Below are positions 18,339 through 31,400 of a stretch of 64,000 nt of DNA, piece by piece. Location of the stretch: contig JBCCQY010000016.1 in NCBI GenBank assembly GCA_039208735.1, positions 24,822 to 88,821 on the forward strand, read 5' to 3'. The notes under the pieces are model-generated. The model was not told where the DNA came from. It saw nothing but the letters and a program-made list of their open reading frames with translations, and searched no databases. This stretch comes from Myxococcota bacterium. GTDB lineage: Bacteria > Myxococcota_A > UBA796 > GCA-2862545. How positions within the stretch are numbered: position 1 is the first letter of the stretch; each line of letters opens with the position of its first letter. Position numbers and translations under genes: made by a program.

Positions 18339-18422
18339 CACTCAGCAAAAGCCATCCCTGACGACCGCACCAAGGTTCGTGACGCGTCGACGCGACAAGG
18401 GACTACCTGGGTTGAGGAGGGT

Positions 18423-19541
18423 GTGATGTCGAAGTGGACCCGATGGGCCGCGATCATTTTGGGTGGGCTTGGGCTGCTGTGCACCGGCGGCGTCGTCGCG
18501 GGCTGGTCCATGCTCACGGTGATGGTCGACGCCGTCCAGATGACCATGGAGGAGCCCGACTGGGCCGAGATCGGCGATGCCGACAAGGTTCTTGGCTACC
18601 TCGAAGCCCACCCCGACACCTTCAGTCTTGTTGCCTACGCGGTCGATGAAGCGGGGCAGCCCATGGCCGACACCCTGATCGAGTACGCACCCGACAAGCC
18701 TTTGGTGCTCGCCAGCACCATGAAGATCGTGGTGCTCTCGGCCCTCGCCCGGGCCATCGACGAAGGAGCCATCGATGCAGACGCTCCGATCGGGTTGGCC
18801 GATTGGGACCGCTACTACCTGCGAGGTCTCGATGGCGGGGCGCACCCCAAGGCCTACGATCTGCTCGACGTCCCCCATGACGATGGACGAGCCACGGACA
18901 CCAGCGGACAGGCCCCTGCCCGCGATGTGGCGCGCATGATGATCGAGGTCTCCGACAACGCGGCGACCGACGTACTCGTGACCCAGCTCGGCGACCGAAT
19001 GACGGCGGAGACCTCACAAGTGCCTGGCCACGATCCCATCGGGCCCATCGCGCCCGTGATGGCCCATGGTCTCACGAGCGAAACCCCGTGCGAAACCCCG
19101 GTCCCTCCGGGGCTGACCATCGACAATCCGCCGCTCAAGACGATTTCGTTTCAGCGCACCATCGCGCACTGTCTGTTTCCGCGCGGAACCGCCGCCTCCT
19201 ACACGGCGTTGATGGCGGCGGTGGGTACCGGACAGCACATTTCCGCGGGTGCCTCGCAGTTCATGACCGACGCGCTCGATTGGCCCATGGCCTTCGAGGG
19301 CAACCAGGAGCGGTTTGCAACGTTCCTCACGAAGGGTGGCTCGCTGCCTGGGGTGCTCACCGAAGCGAGCTTCATTGGGCGCAAGAATGGCGAACGCTGG
19401 GTCGTGGCGTTGTTCCTCAATGACATGAGTGGGTCGGCGTGGTTTGCCCTCCTCCAGAGTTTCGCCCAACAACAGTTCATCGTAAAACTGGTGGAGGATG
19501 CGACATTTCGCGATGAGGTCCGGCGACGACTGATGGACTGA
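18423..19541 (+). CDS. Serine hydrolase, class A beta-lactamase-like/PBP fold
   Basis: SxxK (ASTMK), SDN and KGG motifs; N-terminal membrane anchor. Confidence 0.82.
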   Translation: MMSKWTRWAAIILGGLGLLCTGGVVAGWSMLTVMVDAVQMTMEEPDWAEIGDADKVLGYLEAHPDTFSLVAYAVDEAGQPMADTLIEYAPDKPLVLASTMKIVVLSALARAIDEGAIDADAPIGLADWDRYYLRGLDGGAHPKAYDLLDVPHDDGRATDTSGQAPARDVARMMIEVSDNAATDVLVTQLGDRMTAETSQVPGHDPIGPIAPVMAHGLTSETPCETPVPPGLTIDNPPLKTISFQRTIAHCLFPRGTAASYTALMAAVGTGQHISAGASQFMTDALDWPMAFEGNQERFATFLTKGGSLPGVLTEASFIGRKNGERWVVALFLNDMSGSAWFALLQSFAQQQFIVKLVEDATFRDEVRRRLMD

Positions 19542-19573
19542 CGGCCACCTTACGACGCCTCCAAGGAGGCATC

Positions 19574-20305
19574 GTGAACGAGGTCATCGAGCTGCTGATG
19601 CAGCATCGCTCCATCCGAGCGTTCAAACCCGAACCTGTGCCGGACGCCCATATTGAGACCGCCGTGGCCGCGGGCCAGGCCGCCTCGACCAGTTCCGCGG
19701 TCCAGGCCTACAGCTTGCTCCAGATCACCGATCCCACCGTCCGGAAGCGGCTCGTCGAACTCACCGGGGGGCAGACGAAGGTGGCCTCGTCAGGTGCCTT
19801 CTTCATCGTGCTTGGCGACAGTCGTCGCCATCGGATTGCGGCTGACGCCCACGACACAGCCTACGACGCCCGCCTCGAAGCCTTTCTCGTGGCCACGGTG
19901 GACGCGTCGTTGTTCGCCCAAAACCTGTGCATCGCCTTTGAGTCGATGGGGTACGGCATTTGCTACATCGGTGGCCTACGCAACCAGCTCGACGAGGTCG
20001 ATGCGATGTTGGGACTGCCCGAAGGGGTCTACGCCCTGTACGGATTGTGCGTCGGCGTGCCAGACCAGGCCCCCACGGCCCGACCTCGCCTCGCCCCCCG
20101 TGCGGTGTGGATGAAGGACCGGTATGCGGACGATTCCACCGTCCAGGCCGACCTCGACGCCTACGACAAGGAGTACCGCGAGTACCGAAAGGCTCGAGGG
20201 GCGAGCGACGACGGCTGGTCAACGATTGTGGCCACGTCACACGCCAAACCGAAGCGGGTGTACCTCGCCGAGTATTACCGCAAGAAGGGTGCGCGGCTCG
20301 ACTAA
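19574..20305 (+). CDS. NADPH-dependent nitroreductase / flavin reductase (NfsA/NfrA family)
   Basis: HRSIRAF, QAASTSSAVQAYS, GICYIGGLRN, RPRL motifs. Confidence 0.9.
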   Translation: MNEVIELLMQHRSIRAFKPEPVPDAHIETAVAAGQAASTSSAVQAYSLLQITDPTVRKRLVELTGGQTKVASSGAFFIVLGDSRRHRIAADAHDTAYDARLEAFLVATVDASLFAQNLCIAFESMGYGICYIGGLRNQLDEVDAMLGLPEGVYALYGLCVGVPDQAPTARPRLAPRAVWMKDRYADDSTVQADLDAYDKEYREYRKARGASDDGWSTIVATSHAKPKRVYLAEYYRKKGARLD

Positions 20306-22836
20306 CGGCCCACCCGTAGGTTGGCGTCGCCGTAGAACGCATAGGCGAGGAACGTGGGATCGCCGTTGCTCTTCACCTCGGCCCGCACGTCGCGCAGCAC
20401 GTCCGCCACCGCGACCGTGCGCTGGGCCTTGATCCGCTCGTCGAGCACCTCGTAGAACCGCGAGGCGAACGCCGCGGCGCCTGCGTCATCGAGCGGCCAA
20501 AGGCCCCCGATGTAGCCGCTGGCTCCCGTCTCGAGCACCGCGGGCGCCCAGCCGTCCACGAACCCCGCAACCGCGTCGGTCCGCCCAATGTCGCAGGCGT
20601 TGAAGAACACCAGCGGATGGGTTCGCAAGACGGGAGCCAGACCACGCCAGGCCTGGGGCGCCATGGGGCCGTCCTCGAGTTCCAGGGCGTAGCGAGGGAC
20701 GTCACCGGGGGCGATGGTGCCGTGTCCCGCGAAGTGGACGATGCCCCGGGGCCCTGACTTGAGCAGCGAGGCCACGTCGTCGAACGCCCCCCCAATCCGA
20801 CGGAAGCCCGGCCACTGTCCCAGCGCCTCCAACTCCGCAGCCTGGCTGGGAAGCGCCTGGTTTGCAGGGTACTCGGGGGCAATCGCCGTCAACTGCGCGA
20901 CAGGCAGGGAACTCGGAGGGTCGGGGAGGGTGGCATCGAACCCTTGGGTCACATGCCAACGGGCGAATCGGGCCGCCACCCCGAGGAACTCGCCGGGCTC
21001 CTCGCCACATCGCATGCGCGCAAGCTCCCAGGGAATCACGGTCTCGTTGGTGTAGAGCTGGACGGACTCCCACTCCGTGCCCAACGTCGCCTGGGCGTTG
21101 CACAGCGCTTCGCGCACCGGCTTAGGGACGAGCTTGGCCCAGATCTCATCGCCAAGCCCGTCGAGGGTGGCGGGCATCGCGCCTGCACCTTTTCGATCGA
21201 GCCCCCGCGTGACGCCCGCCGACTGGAGCCGGGTGCGTACCCAGGCCTCCCGGCCGGGAGGAAGGTCCACGAAGTCGACCGCAATGGCCTCCTGACCGCG
21301 CGTCTTCACGATGACCTGAGCCACGTCCTCCCCAAACCGCTTGTCGGTCACCAGCACGATGAGCACATCCGCGACCGTTTCGCGACGTTCGGGATCCACC
21401 ACAGGTCCTGACGGCACGGTGCCCAGCCCTCCCAGCGGCTCACCCGCCACCCGAAATCGTCGGGCAATACGGGCAAAGCCGCTCGAACCGGGCATGGGAT
21501 CATGAAAGAACAGCCAGGCTTCAACCGCGGGTGCGCCGTTGGGCGTCGGCTCGCGGAGGGTCAAGGAAAAGCGGGCCGGCGTCGAGTCACCGCTTGGGTA
21601 CAATTGCATCGTCTGTTCGAGAACGGGCACATCAAAACCGGGTGCCGACAGCACGACATCGACCAACGCGGAGCCCTCGTTTGGAAGAGGAACCGCCAAG
21701 GCACCGCCTTCTCCTGCCCCCTCAATCACGCCGACCTCGCCGTCCCCCAACTCCCCAGCTTTCAGGGCGCGGCCCAACGCGACGACGTCCTGCCGCTGCA
21801 GGTCTGCAAGCTGGACCACCAGGGGAAACGACTGTCCCACCTCGATGGTGTCGGGTCCCGACATCACTGGCCACCGATCCGCGTTGGTGTTGGGACTCTG
21901 TGGGTCGACGCCACCAATCTTGGGCAGCCCGCCCCGCAACACCGCGATCGTCCCGTCGAGAACCTGTCCGCGAACCTCGGACCGTTCATCCCGCACGGTG
22001 CCCACCGCCGGGTCGTCGCTGCGCGCCAGCCAGACCATGCCTCCAAACCAGGGTGCGAGCTGGTCCATCGCCTGGATGAGACGATCCACCGGCACCTGGC
22101 CGCCGGCCTTCACCACAGGCGCGGCGTCGGTCACCAGGCCCGAAACCCGGGCCAACGTGCTCGTAAGTGGCACCCAGTCGTCAACCTGCACCATCACATC
22201 GATGCCCAATCCATCGAGCCGCGCGGTCTCGCCGGCCAGCTCCATGACCGGCCCCCCGGTCCGCAAGGACCGCAAGGCTCGCACGACCGATCCCGACCCG
22301 GGCGACCGCGAAGGGTCGCCGCTTCGCCGTTCGGGCTCGGCATCGTCGACGAGAAACCAGAACTCGGAGAACTGAGCCTGGCCCGCGGAGTAGATCGCTG
22401 CACTTACCGTGTCGTAGGGGACCCGTCGGTCAACCACCACGAGCAGGTCGGGGCGCCACGGGGTGGCATTACCCGGGCAGGCGGCTTGGATCTGCTTGAT
22501 CAGCTTCACGTGGCCGGACAAGGCATCAAAGACCGGCGGAAGGAGCAAGGACGTCGTGTCCTCCCGCATCCCCTTCTTCAGGGGAAGCACAGACTCTCCG
22601 ACGACGGCAATTCCGTCGAGGCCAATCTCCAGCGTCAGGGGCCGGACGTACCGGCTCTGGTCGCCCCGCTCGCAGGCGTCGGTGAGCACGGCCTCCAAAT
22701 CCGCATCTGGCCCGGCGACCGGGTAGGCGAAGCTCGAGGCCGAACGCGACTCCGCGTGGGTTGCGACGGGCAGAGCCACGGGCAGGGTCACGGCCGGCGG
22801 TGTGGAGGTGGTGCAGGCAGCCAGAAACAGCAACAT
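20302..22836 (-). CDS. CHAT (caspase-like) domain lipoprotein with N-terminal ExbD/AglS-like domains
   Basis: GGAGG upstream of ATG 22836; lipobox LFLAAC; IPWEL, VHFAGHG (His), VFFNAC (Cys), IGGLWPLDD and AYAFYGD. Confidence 0.85.
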   Translation of the reverse strand: MLLFLAACTTSTPPAVTLPVALPVATHAESRSASSFAYPVAGPDADLEAVLTDACERGDQSRYVRPLTLEIGLDGIAVVGESVLPLKKGMREDTTSLLLPPVFDALSGHVKLIKQIQAACPGNATPWRPDLLVVVDRRVPYDTVSAAIYSAGQAQFSEFWFLVDDAEPERRSGDPSRSPGSGSVVRALRSLRTGGPVMELAGETARLDGLGIDVMVQVDDWVPLTSTLARVSGLVTDAAPVVKAGGQVPVDRLIQAMDQLAPWFGGMVWLARSDDPAVGTVRDERSEVRGQVLDGTIAVLRGGLPKIGGVDPQSPNTNADRWPVMSGPDTIEVGQSFPLVVQLADLQRQDVVALGRALKAGELGDGEVGVIEGAGEGGALAVPLPNEGSALVDVVLSAPGFDVPVLEQTMQLYPSGDSTPARFSLTLREPTPNGAPAVEAWLFFHDPMPGSSGFARIARRFRVAGEPLGGLGTVPSGPVVDPERRETVADVLIVLVTDKRFGEDVAQVIVKTRGQEAIAVDFVDLPPGREAWVRTRLQSAGVTRGLDRKGAGAMPATLDGLGDEIWAKLVPKPVREALCNAQATLGTEWESVQLYTNETVIPWELARMRCGEEPGEFLGVAARFARWHVTQGFDATLPDPPSSLPVAQLTAIAPEYPANQALPSQAAELEALGQWPGFRRIGGAFDDVASLLKSGPRGIVHFAGHGTIAPGDVPRYALELEDGPMAPQAWRGLAPVLRTHPLVFFNACDIGRTDAVAGFVDGWAPAVLETGASGYIGGLWPLDDAGAAAFASRFYEVLDERIKAQRTVAVADVLRDVRAEVKSNGDPTFLAYAFYGDANLRVGR

Positions 22837-22911
22837 CGGAAGCCTCCGCGGACGGTGCATCGGCCTAACGCATCGAGGCACCGTCACGAGGAAGGGGCGT
22901 CCCCAACGGCT

Positions 22912-23427
22912 TTAGTTCCGCGTTCCCTCTTCCCGAATCAACGTGTAGGTGACCGCGCGACGTCGGTCTTCCCACGTCGTGGCGTGGCGAAGGTCAGGCG
23001 CTTCGGTGGTGGCAACATCCCAGGCCCCCGAGTCCTGAAACGCCAGGGCGTTCCAGATCTGCCGATGCGCAGGTTGCGGTGCGGACGGGTCCAGCGAGGC
23101 GCCGAGCGCCCGATGACAGGCTGCGCAGTACGCCGTGAGCTCGGTGAGCTGCTCGGCCCCATCGGACAGCGAAGGGGTATTCGCCAGCTGCTTCGCCTCG
23201 GTCCGCATCCGCACGAGATGCGGGTACGCATGGCTTGGAAGCCCCGGAACAGGGTCTCGAAAACTCAACGCGCGTCCCGCCGCCCGAAGTCCATCCAGAT
23301 CGCCCGCCTGGATGGCCGCCGTGGCTTCGTGCAGGGCGGCCTCGTGATCTGCCATTTCCTGAAGACGCAACGCTTGAGAGGAACGCGACCCTCCGCAGCC
23401 CATCAACAACAAGAAGACCGGAAACAT
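22912..23427 (-). CDS. Monoheme c-type cytochrome lipoprotein (helical, cytochrome c'-like)
   Basis: Lipobox LLMGC; single CAACH after helical segments; GGAG upstream of ATG 23427. Confidence 0.7.
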   Translation of the reverse strand: MFPVFLLLMGCGGSRSSQALRLQEMADHEAALHEATAAIQAGDLDGLRAAGRALSFRDPVPGLPSHAYPHLVRMRTEAKQLANTPSLSDGAEQLTELTAYCAACHRALGASLDPSAPQPAHRQIWNALAFQDSGAWDVATTEAPDLRHATTWEDRRRAVTYTLIREEGTRN

Positions 23428-23611
23428 GGGCTCTCCATGTGAACGTGATCGTTCGGCGCTTCCGCAAACCACCGTTCTGCAACGACCGCGCCAACGGCCA
23501 AGCGACAGATGCCGCCCGGAACCCACGTTCTCTGCTGGGGCATTCCACACACCCCTGGGCAATCCGGCCCATCCAAGGCCCCTTGGGCACCGGTAGGACA
23601 AGGCTTCGCGT

Positions 23612-23627
23612 TGGCATGACGATTGCG
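23612..23627 (+). promoter_or_regulatory. Putative sigma54 (-24/-12) promoter
   Basis: TGGCAT-GACGA-TTGCG matches TGGCAC-N5-TTGC spacing, 24 nt upstream of ATG 23652. Confidence 0.6.
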
Positions 23628-23651
23628 AATCTCCTGATGAGGAGGGCCATC

Positions 23652-26463
<2,812 letters not shown>

Positions 26464-26464
<1 letters not shown>

Positions 26465-27483
26465 CAGCGATGCACCAGCTCGAGGTCGACGTGCTGTGCG
26501 ACGACCGCTTCCGGGGCGACCGCGGCATCCCCACGGAGGTGGCGATCCGCAAACGCCACGGACACCGCGGCTACCGCGCGAAGCTTCGGCTCGAGCGGGC
26601 CCGGACCAAACTGGCTCCCGGGGAAGACGAGCCGCAACAGAGCGGGCCGGATGAGAAGGCCGAGGTCCGACAGCTCGAGGTGCCCCGTGCGAGGCATGGT
26701 CACGACCAACGTGGGTCCAGCGGCTTCGCGAATCATCCCGTCGATGGGCTCCCACACCACGTCGAGCGCCCGCGCGGTTCGCGTCCGACCGGCGAGCACG
26801 ACCAGCAAGGGCGCTTGCACCGGAGCAAGCGCGGGATCGGCAAAGGGAGGACCATCGAGGTTGATGATGGCTGCGCAACGCGGCTCTTCGTCGCAAAGCG
26901 TGGTCGCGAGGCCCCCGCCGAAGCTGTGGCCCGCGAGCAACACACGGTCCGTCGACACGCCCAGGCGGGAAGGCAGATCATCGAGAATCGCGCGCACGTC
27001 ATCCGCCACCAACGCATGGGCCTTGAGGAAGACCGGATCGATGACGAACGACGGAGGATCGGTGGCCCGCCGAAGCAGGTCCGACCACGCGGAAGAAGGA
27101 GGTGCCGACGTCCCATCCGGGAAGTTCGGGAGCAGCGCCACCGGCGGATGGTCCGCCGCGACGACGGTGTAGCCATGACTCGCCAGCTCGTGGATCCACG
27201 TGAGGTATGCGTGGCGTCGCCCCTGGGTTCCGTGCAGGAACACCACGACCGGCCCCCGTCCCGCCGAAGGGGTCCAGGCTTGTACCGGAAACCGCCTAGG
27301 AACCGGCGTGTCGGCAAGCCAATCCTGTCGGTCAGGCGTTTCGAGGACCCAGGTCTCCGAGACCACCGTCATCGGACCGGTGGGCAAAAGCTGCCGGTCC
27401 GGAACGGCCCACAGACCTACGGCGACGAAAAGCCCAAGCAATCCGAACACGATGCCCAACGCAATGGTGAAACGGCGACTCAC
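26464..27483 (-). CDS. Alpha/beta hydrolase (PAF-acetylhydrolase-like), membrane-anchored or secreted
   Basis: VVVFLHG, ELASHGYTVVAADH, GHSFGG, INLDG and GHLELSD. Confidence 0.85.
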
Positions 27484-27511
27484 CCCACCGGGGTATCGTT
27501 CCGCAACCGGC

Positions 27512-27691
27512 TTAGTCAGGCCAAACGAGCCGATCCGACAACCGTTCGACGTAGGCCTGGGCGCGGGGCAGATCGGTCAGGTAGCCGCGTTGGTGACAAA
27601 ACCACATCTGCCAGTGCACGAGTACGTCGACCGCGGTGAAGGCCTCCCCCATGCAGAAGGGCTCGACGATGCGACGTTCGAGCACGGCCAT
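27512..27691 (-). pseudogene. Probable glutathione S-transferase C-terminal remnant
   Basis: PFCMGEAFTAVDVL...LTDLPRAQAYVERLSDR resembles the GST C-domain end (GxxFTxAD N-cap); there is no room for the thioredoxin-like N-domain before the divergent tetR. Confidence 0.5.
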
Positions 27692-27813
27692 GCGCCAAGT
27701 CGGCCCAAGGCGCCGCTCTGGCTGCTGATCCACCCCGACCTTCGTTCGGTGGCTCGAATCCGCATCACCGCAGACTTGCTCTTTGACGGACTGCGCTCGA
27801 CCTTCCAAACTGC

Positions 27814-28464
27814 GTGACAGGGCAGCGAACCAACGCTATCCCGCAGCGGATGGGAAGTCCGCGAGACCGAATTTTGCAAGCGAGCATCGCGCTGGTCAAA
27901 GAACAGGGCGTGCGAGCGGTGAGCTTCCGCGAAGTGGCGCGAAGGGCAGGAGTAAGCCACCAAACGCCTTATCATCACTTCGGAAACCACCAGGGCATTC
28001 TTCGGGCCATTGCCGAGGAAGGGTTTGAGCAACTCGCCAGCGCCATGGCAGAGGCGGCCGGACGCGCCGGACCCGACCCCCTGGACCGACTCACGGCTGG
28101 CGGCGTGGCCTACGTGCTCTTTGCGCTCGACCACGTGGGCCACTTCCGCGTGATGTTCGACCACACGTTGTTTGAATCACCAGAAAATTCCCCCACCGTG
28201 TCCGAAGGCCAGCGGGCCTATGGGGTCTTGCTCACCTTGGCCCACGCGGCACATGGTGCAAGCTACGGTCACCACCTCTCGGCCGACACCCTCACCGCGA
28301 TGAGTTGGTCCATGGCCCATGGCTTGGCCACGTTGCTCGTCGAGGGCGTACTGTCGGCCAAGTTCACGCCCGAGGGCGGGTTCGAGCGCAAGGCCCTCAC
28401 CACAACCCTCATGGGGCAATTCGCCGAGCTGCTCCGGTCGGCGACCGACGCGCCCGCCGATTAG
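27814..28464 (+). CDS. TetR/AcrR family regulator (WHG-type C-domain)
   Basis: SFREVARRAGVSHQTPYHHF HTH; WSMAHGLATL. Alternative start ATG 27850. Confidence 0.92.
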   Translation: MTGQRTNAIPQRMGSPRDRILQASIALVKEQGVRAVSFREVARRAGVSHQTPYHHFGNHQGILRAIAEEGFEQLASAMAEAAGRAGPDPLDRLTAGGVAYVLFALDHVGHFRVMFDHTLFESPENSPTVSEGQRAYGVLLTLAHAAHGASYGHHLSADTLTAMSWSMAHGLATLLVEGVLSAKFTPEGGFERKALTTTLMGQFAELLRSATDAPAD

Positions 28465-31400
28465 GCCTTGGCCACGCCGATCGTGACCTCGATTGGCCCG
28501 CGCACGGTGCTCAAGATGACGCCTGCCGCAGCCCGGTCCACCACGTCGATGGACGTCGCCAACAGCTCGGTCGCGATGCTCTCTCGCTGACCTTCGACCG
28601 CGTCCCGCAGGCCCGCATGGGCACTCGTCACGGTCAGCGCCACGCGGTCCGTCACCTCAAGTCCAAGGTCCTTGCGGGCCTGCTGGGCCGCACTCACGAG
28701 CTCCCTGGCGATGCCTTCGGCCACGAGTTCGTCGGTGAGTGCGGTGTCGAACGCCACGATGAGCGCCCCTTCGGTCTCGATGACGACGTCTTCGCGGGAT
28801 TCGCGTCGGACGTCGACGTCCGCCTCAGCGATGGCTTCGCCAAGCACCTCGAGGGTCTCTCCCGCCTGCAACTGGCGGTATTCCTCGGCCCCCCACGCCC
28901 CGATCAGCTTGGCCGCATCCTTCATCTGCTTGCCGAAGCGGCGGCCGAGCGTCTTGAAGTTTGGCTTACAGGTGAGCGTGGCCAATTGGTCGCCCTCGGC
29001 TTGGACCACGACCTCCTTGACGTTCAACTCATCGGCGATGATGGCCGCCTGGGCCTCGACCGCCGCTCGCACGTCGGGCTCGTGGTGCACGATGGTGAGC
29101 GAGCCCAGCGGCTGTCGGGTCTTCAGCTTGTGCCGTTCCCGCAACCGACGCCCCAGCCGGACGATGTCGCGAGACCAACGCACCTGCGCTTCGAGGTCTC
29201 GGTCGATGACCGCCTCGTCGACCCGCGGCCAGTCACAGAGGTGCACCGAGTCGGCATCGCCGTCCTGGACGCCCGGAGCCACGACCAGCGACTGGTAGAT
29301 CGCTTCGGTGGCGAAGGGCAGGATGGGTGCAAGCACCTTGGTAAACGTCACCAGCGTTTCGTACAACGTGGCGTAGGCGCAGGCCTTGTCGTGCTTGGCC
29401 GCCGCATCATCAGCCGACCGCCAGAACCGCCGCCGCGACAACCGAATGTACCAGTTGGTGAGGTCATCGATGAACGCCAACACCCGCGGGACGACATTGT
29501 AGAGATGGTAGACCTCCATCTCTGTGTCGACATCGGCGATGAGGGATTGCAAGTGGCTCACCAACCAGCGGTCCAGCTCGGGCCGTTCGGCGACCGGCGG
29601 ACGATCTGCGGTGGGGGTCCACTCGTCGATGTTCGCGTATTGGACGAAGAACGAATGGGCGTTGTGGAGCGGAAGCAGCACCGTCCGGACCACCTCTTGG
29701 ACGCCTTGGTCGAGGAACTTGAGCTTCTCGGCTCGCACCACGGGACTGTTGACGAGGTAGGCCCGCAGTGCATCGGCCCCGTACTCATCGAGGATCGTCT
29801 CGGGGGAGGTGAAGTTCATCTTGCTTTTGCTCATCTTGGCGCCGTCTTCAGCGAGCACCATCCCGTTCACCACCACGTTCTCGAACGGCGACCGATCGAA
29901 GAGGGCGGTTCCGAGGACCAGCAGCGTGTAGAACCACCCTCGGGTCTGGTCGAGCCCCTCGGCGATGAACTGCGCCGGGAAGCGCTGTTCAAAGGTCGAC
30001 TCCCCCTCGAAGGGGTAGTGGCTCTGCGCGTACGGCATCGAGCCTGACTCAAACCAACAGTCGAACACCTCCGTGACGCGGCGCATCGTTCCGCCGCATT
30101 CAGGGCAGACGAACGTGAGGTGATCGATCTTGTGGGGATGGATGTCATCGATGGTCGCCCCGGTCTTCTCTTCGAGTTCCTTCGCAGAACCGATACAGAC
30201 CTTGTGCGATTCATCGTGATCGCACACCCAGATGGGCAATGGCGTACCCCAAAAGCGATTCCGGGACACGTTCCAGTCCCTGGCATCCTCGAGCCAGTTG
30301 CCAAAGCGTTTGCTGCCCACGAAGTCGGGCACCCAATGGATGGACTGGTTGTGCTCGACCATGCGTTCCCGCAAATCGGAAACCTTGACGAACCACGCCG
30401 GTAACGCCCGGTAGATGAGCGGGGTCTCGGAGCGCCAGCAGAAGGGGTATTGGTGCGTCAGGGTTTCCTGACGGAACAACCGCCCCGTCTTTTTGATCCA
30501 ACGGATGAGATCGGGGTCGGCTTCCTTCACGTTCCGACCCGCAAACTCACCCACGGCCGCGGTGAATCGCCCTTCGTCGTCGACCGACTGAAGCACGTCG
30601 ATGCCGGCTGCCCGCGCCGCGTGGAAATCCTCTTCCCCGAAGTCAGGAGCCATGTGAACCAGGCCCGTACCGTCTTCGGTGGTGACGTGAGGCGCCTCGA
30701 TCACCACGAACGCGTTGGGTCGATCGACGAAATAGGGAAACAGTGGTTCGTAGGTGATGCCGACCAACTCGGCACCCTTGACGCGCTCGACCACCTCGGC
30801 CGCCTTGCCGAGAACCGCCTCCATGCGGGCTTCGGCCACCACATACACAGTGTCGTCGTCGGGACGCTTCGCACGCACATAATCGATGTCTGCGCCGACT
30901 GCGATGGCCTGGTTGCTCGGCAGGGTCCAAGGGGTCGTCGTCCAGATGAGCAAGACGTCATCACCCTTCTTGGCGGGCATCGCGACGGTAATGGCCGGAT
31001 CTTGAACGGTTCGATAGTCGCTGTTGGCTTCGAAGTTCGACAGCGACGTGGACAGCCGCCAACTGTATGGCATGACGCGAAAGTCGCGGTAGACCAGGCC
31101 CTTGTCCCAGAGCTGGCGAAACACCCACCACACGCTCTCCATAAAGGAGAGGTCCATCGTCTTGTAGTCGTTGTCGAAATCAATCCAGCGCCCGAGCCGT
31201 CCGACGATCCGACGCCATTCGTTGACGTAGGTGAGCACGTTGTCACGACAAGCCTCGTTGAACTTGTCGACGCCATAGTCTCGTACCGCGGACGGTCCGT
31301 TCAGTTCGAGCTTCTTTTCCATCAGCATTTCGATGGGAAGCCCATGGGTGTCCCAGCCAAACCGGCGCTCGACGCGGTAACCGCGCATCGTCCAGTAGCG

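Noticed and set aside
18423..19541. True beta-lactamase resistance gene
   Set aside because: Only the generic SxxK/SDN/KxG motifs are visible, and these are shared with PBP-like serine hydrolases.
20302..22836. CHAT protease as part of a CRISPR-linked (Craspase) or other phage-defence system
   Set aside because: No cas genes, CRISPR array, TPR array, gasdermin-like gene or NTPase partner is visible nearby.
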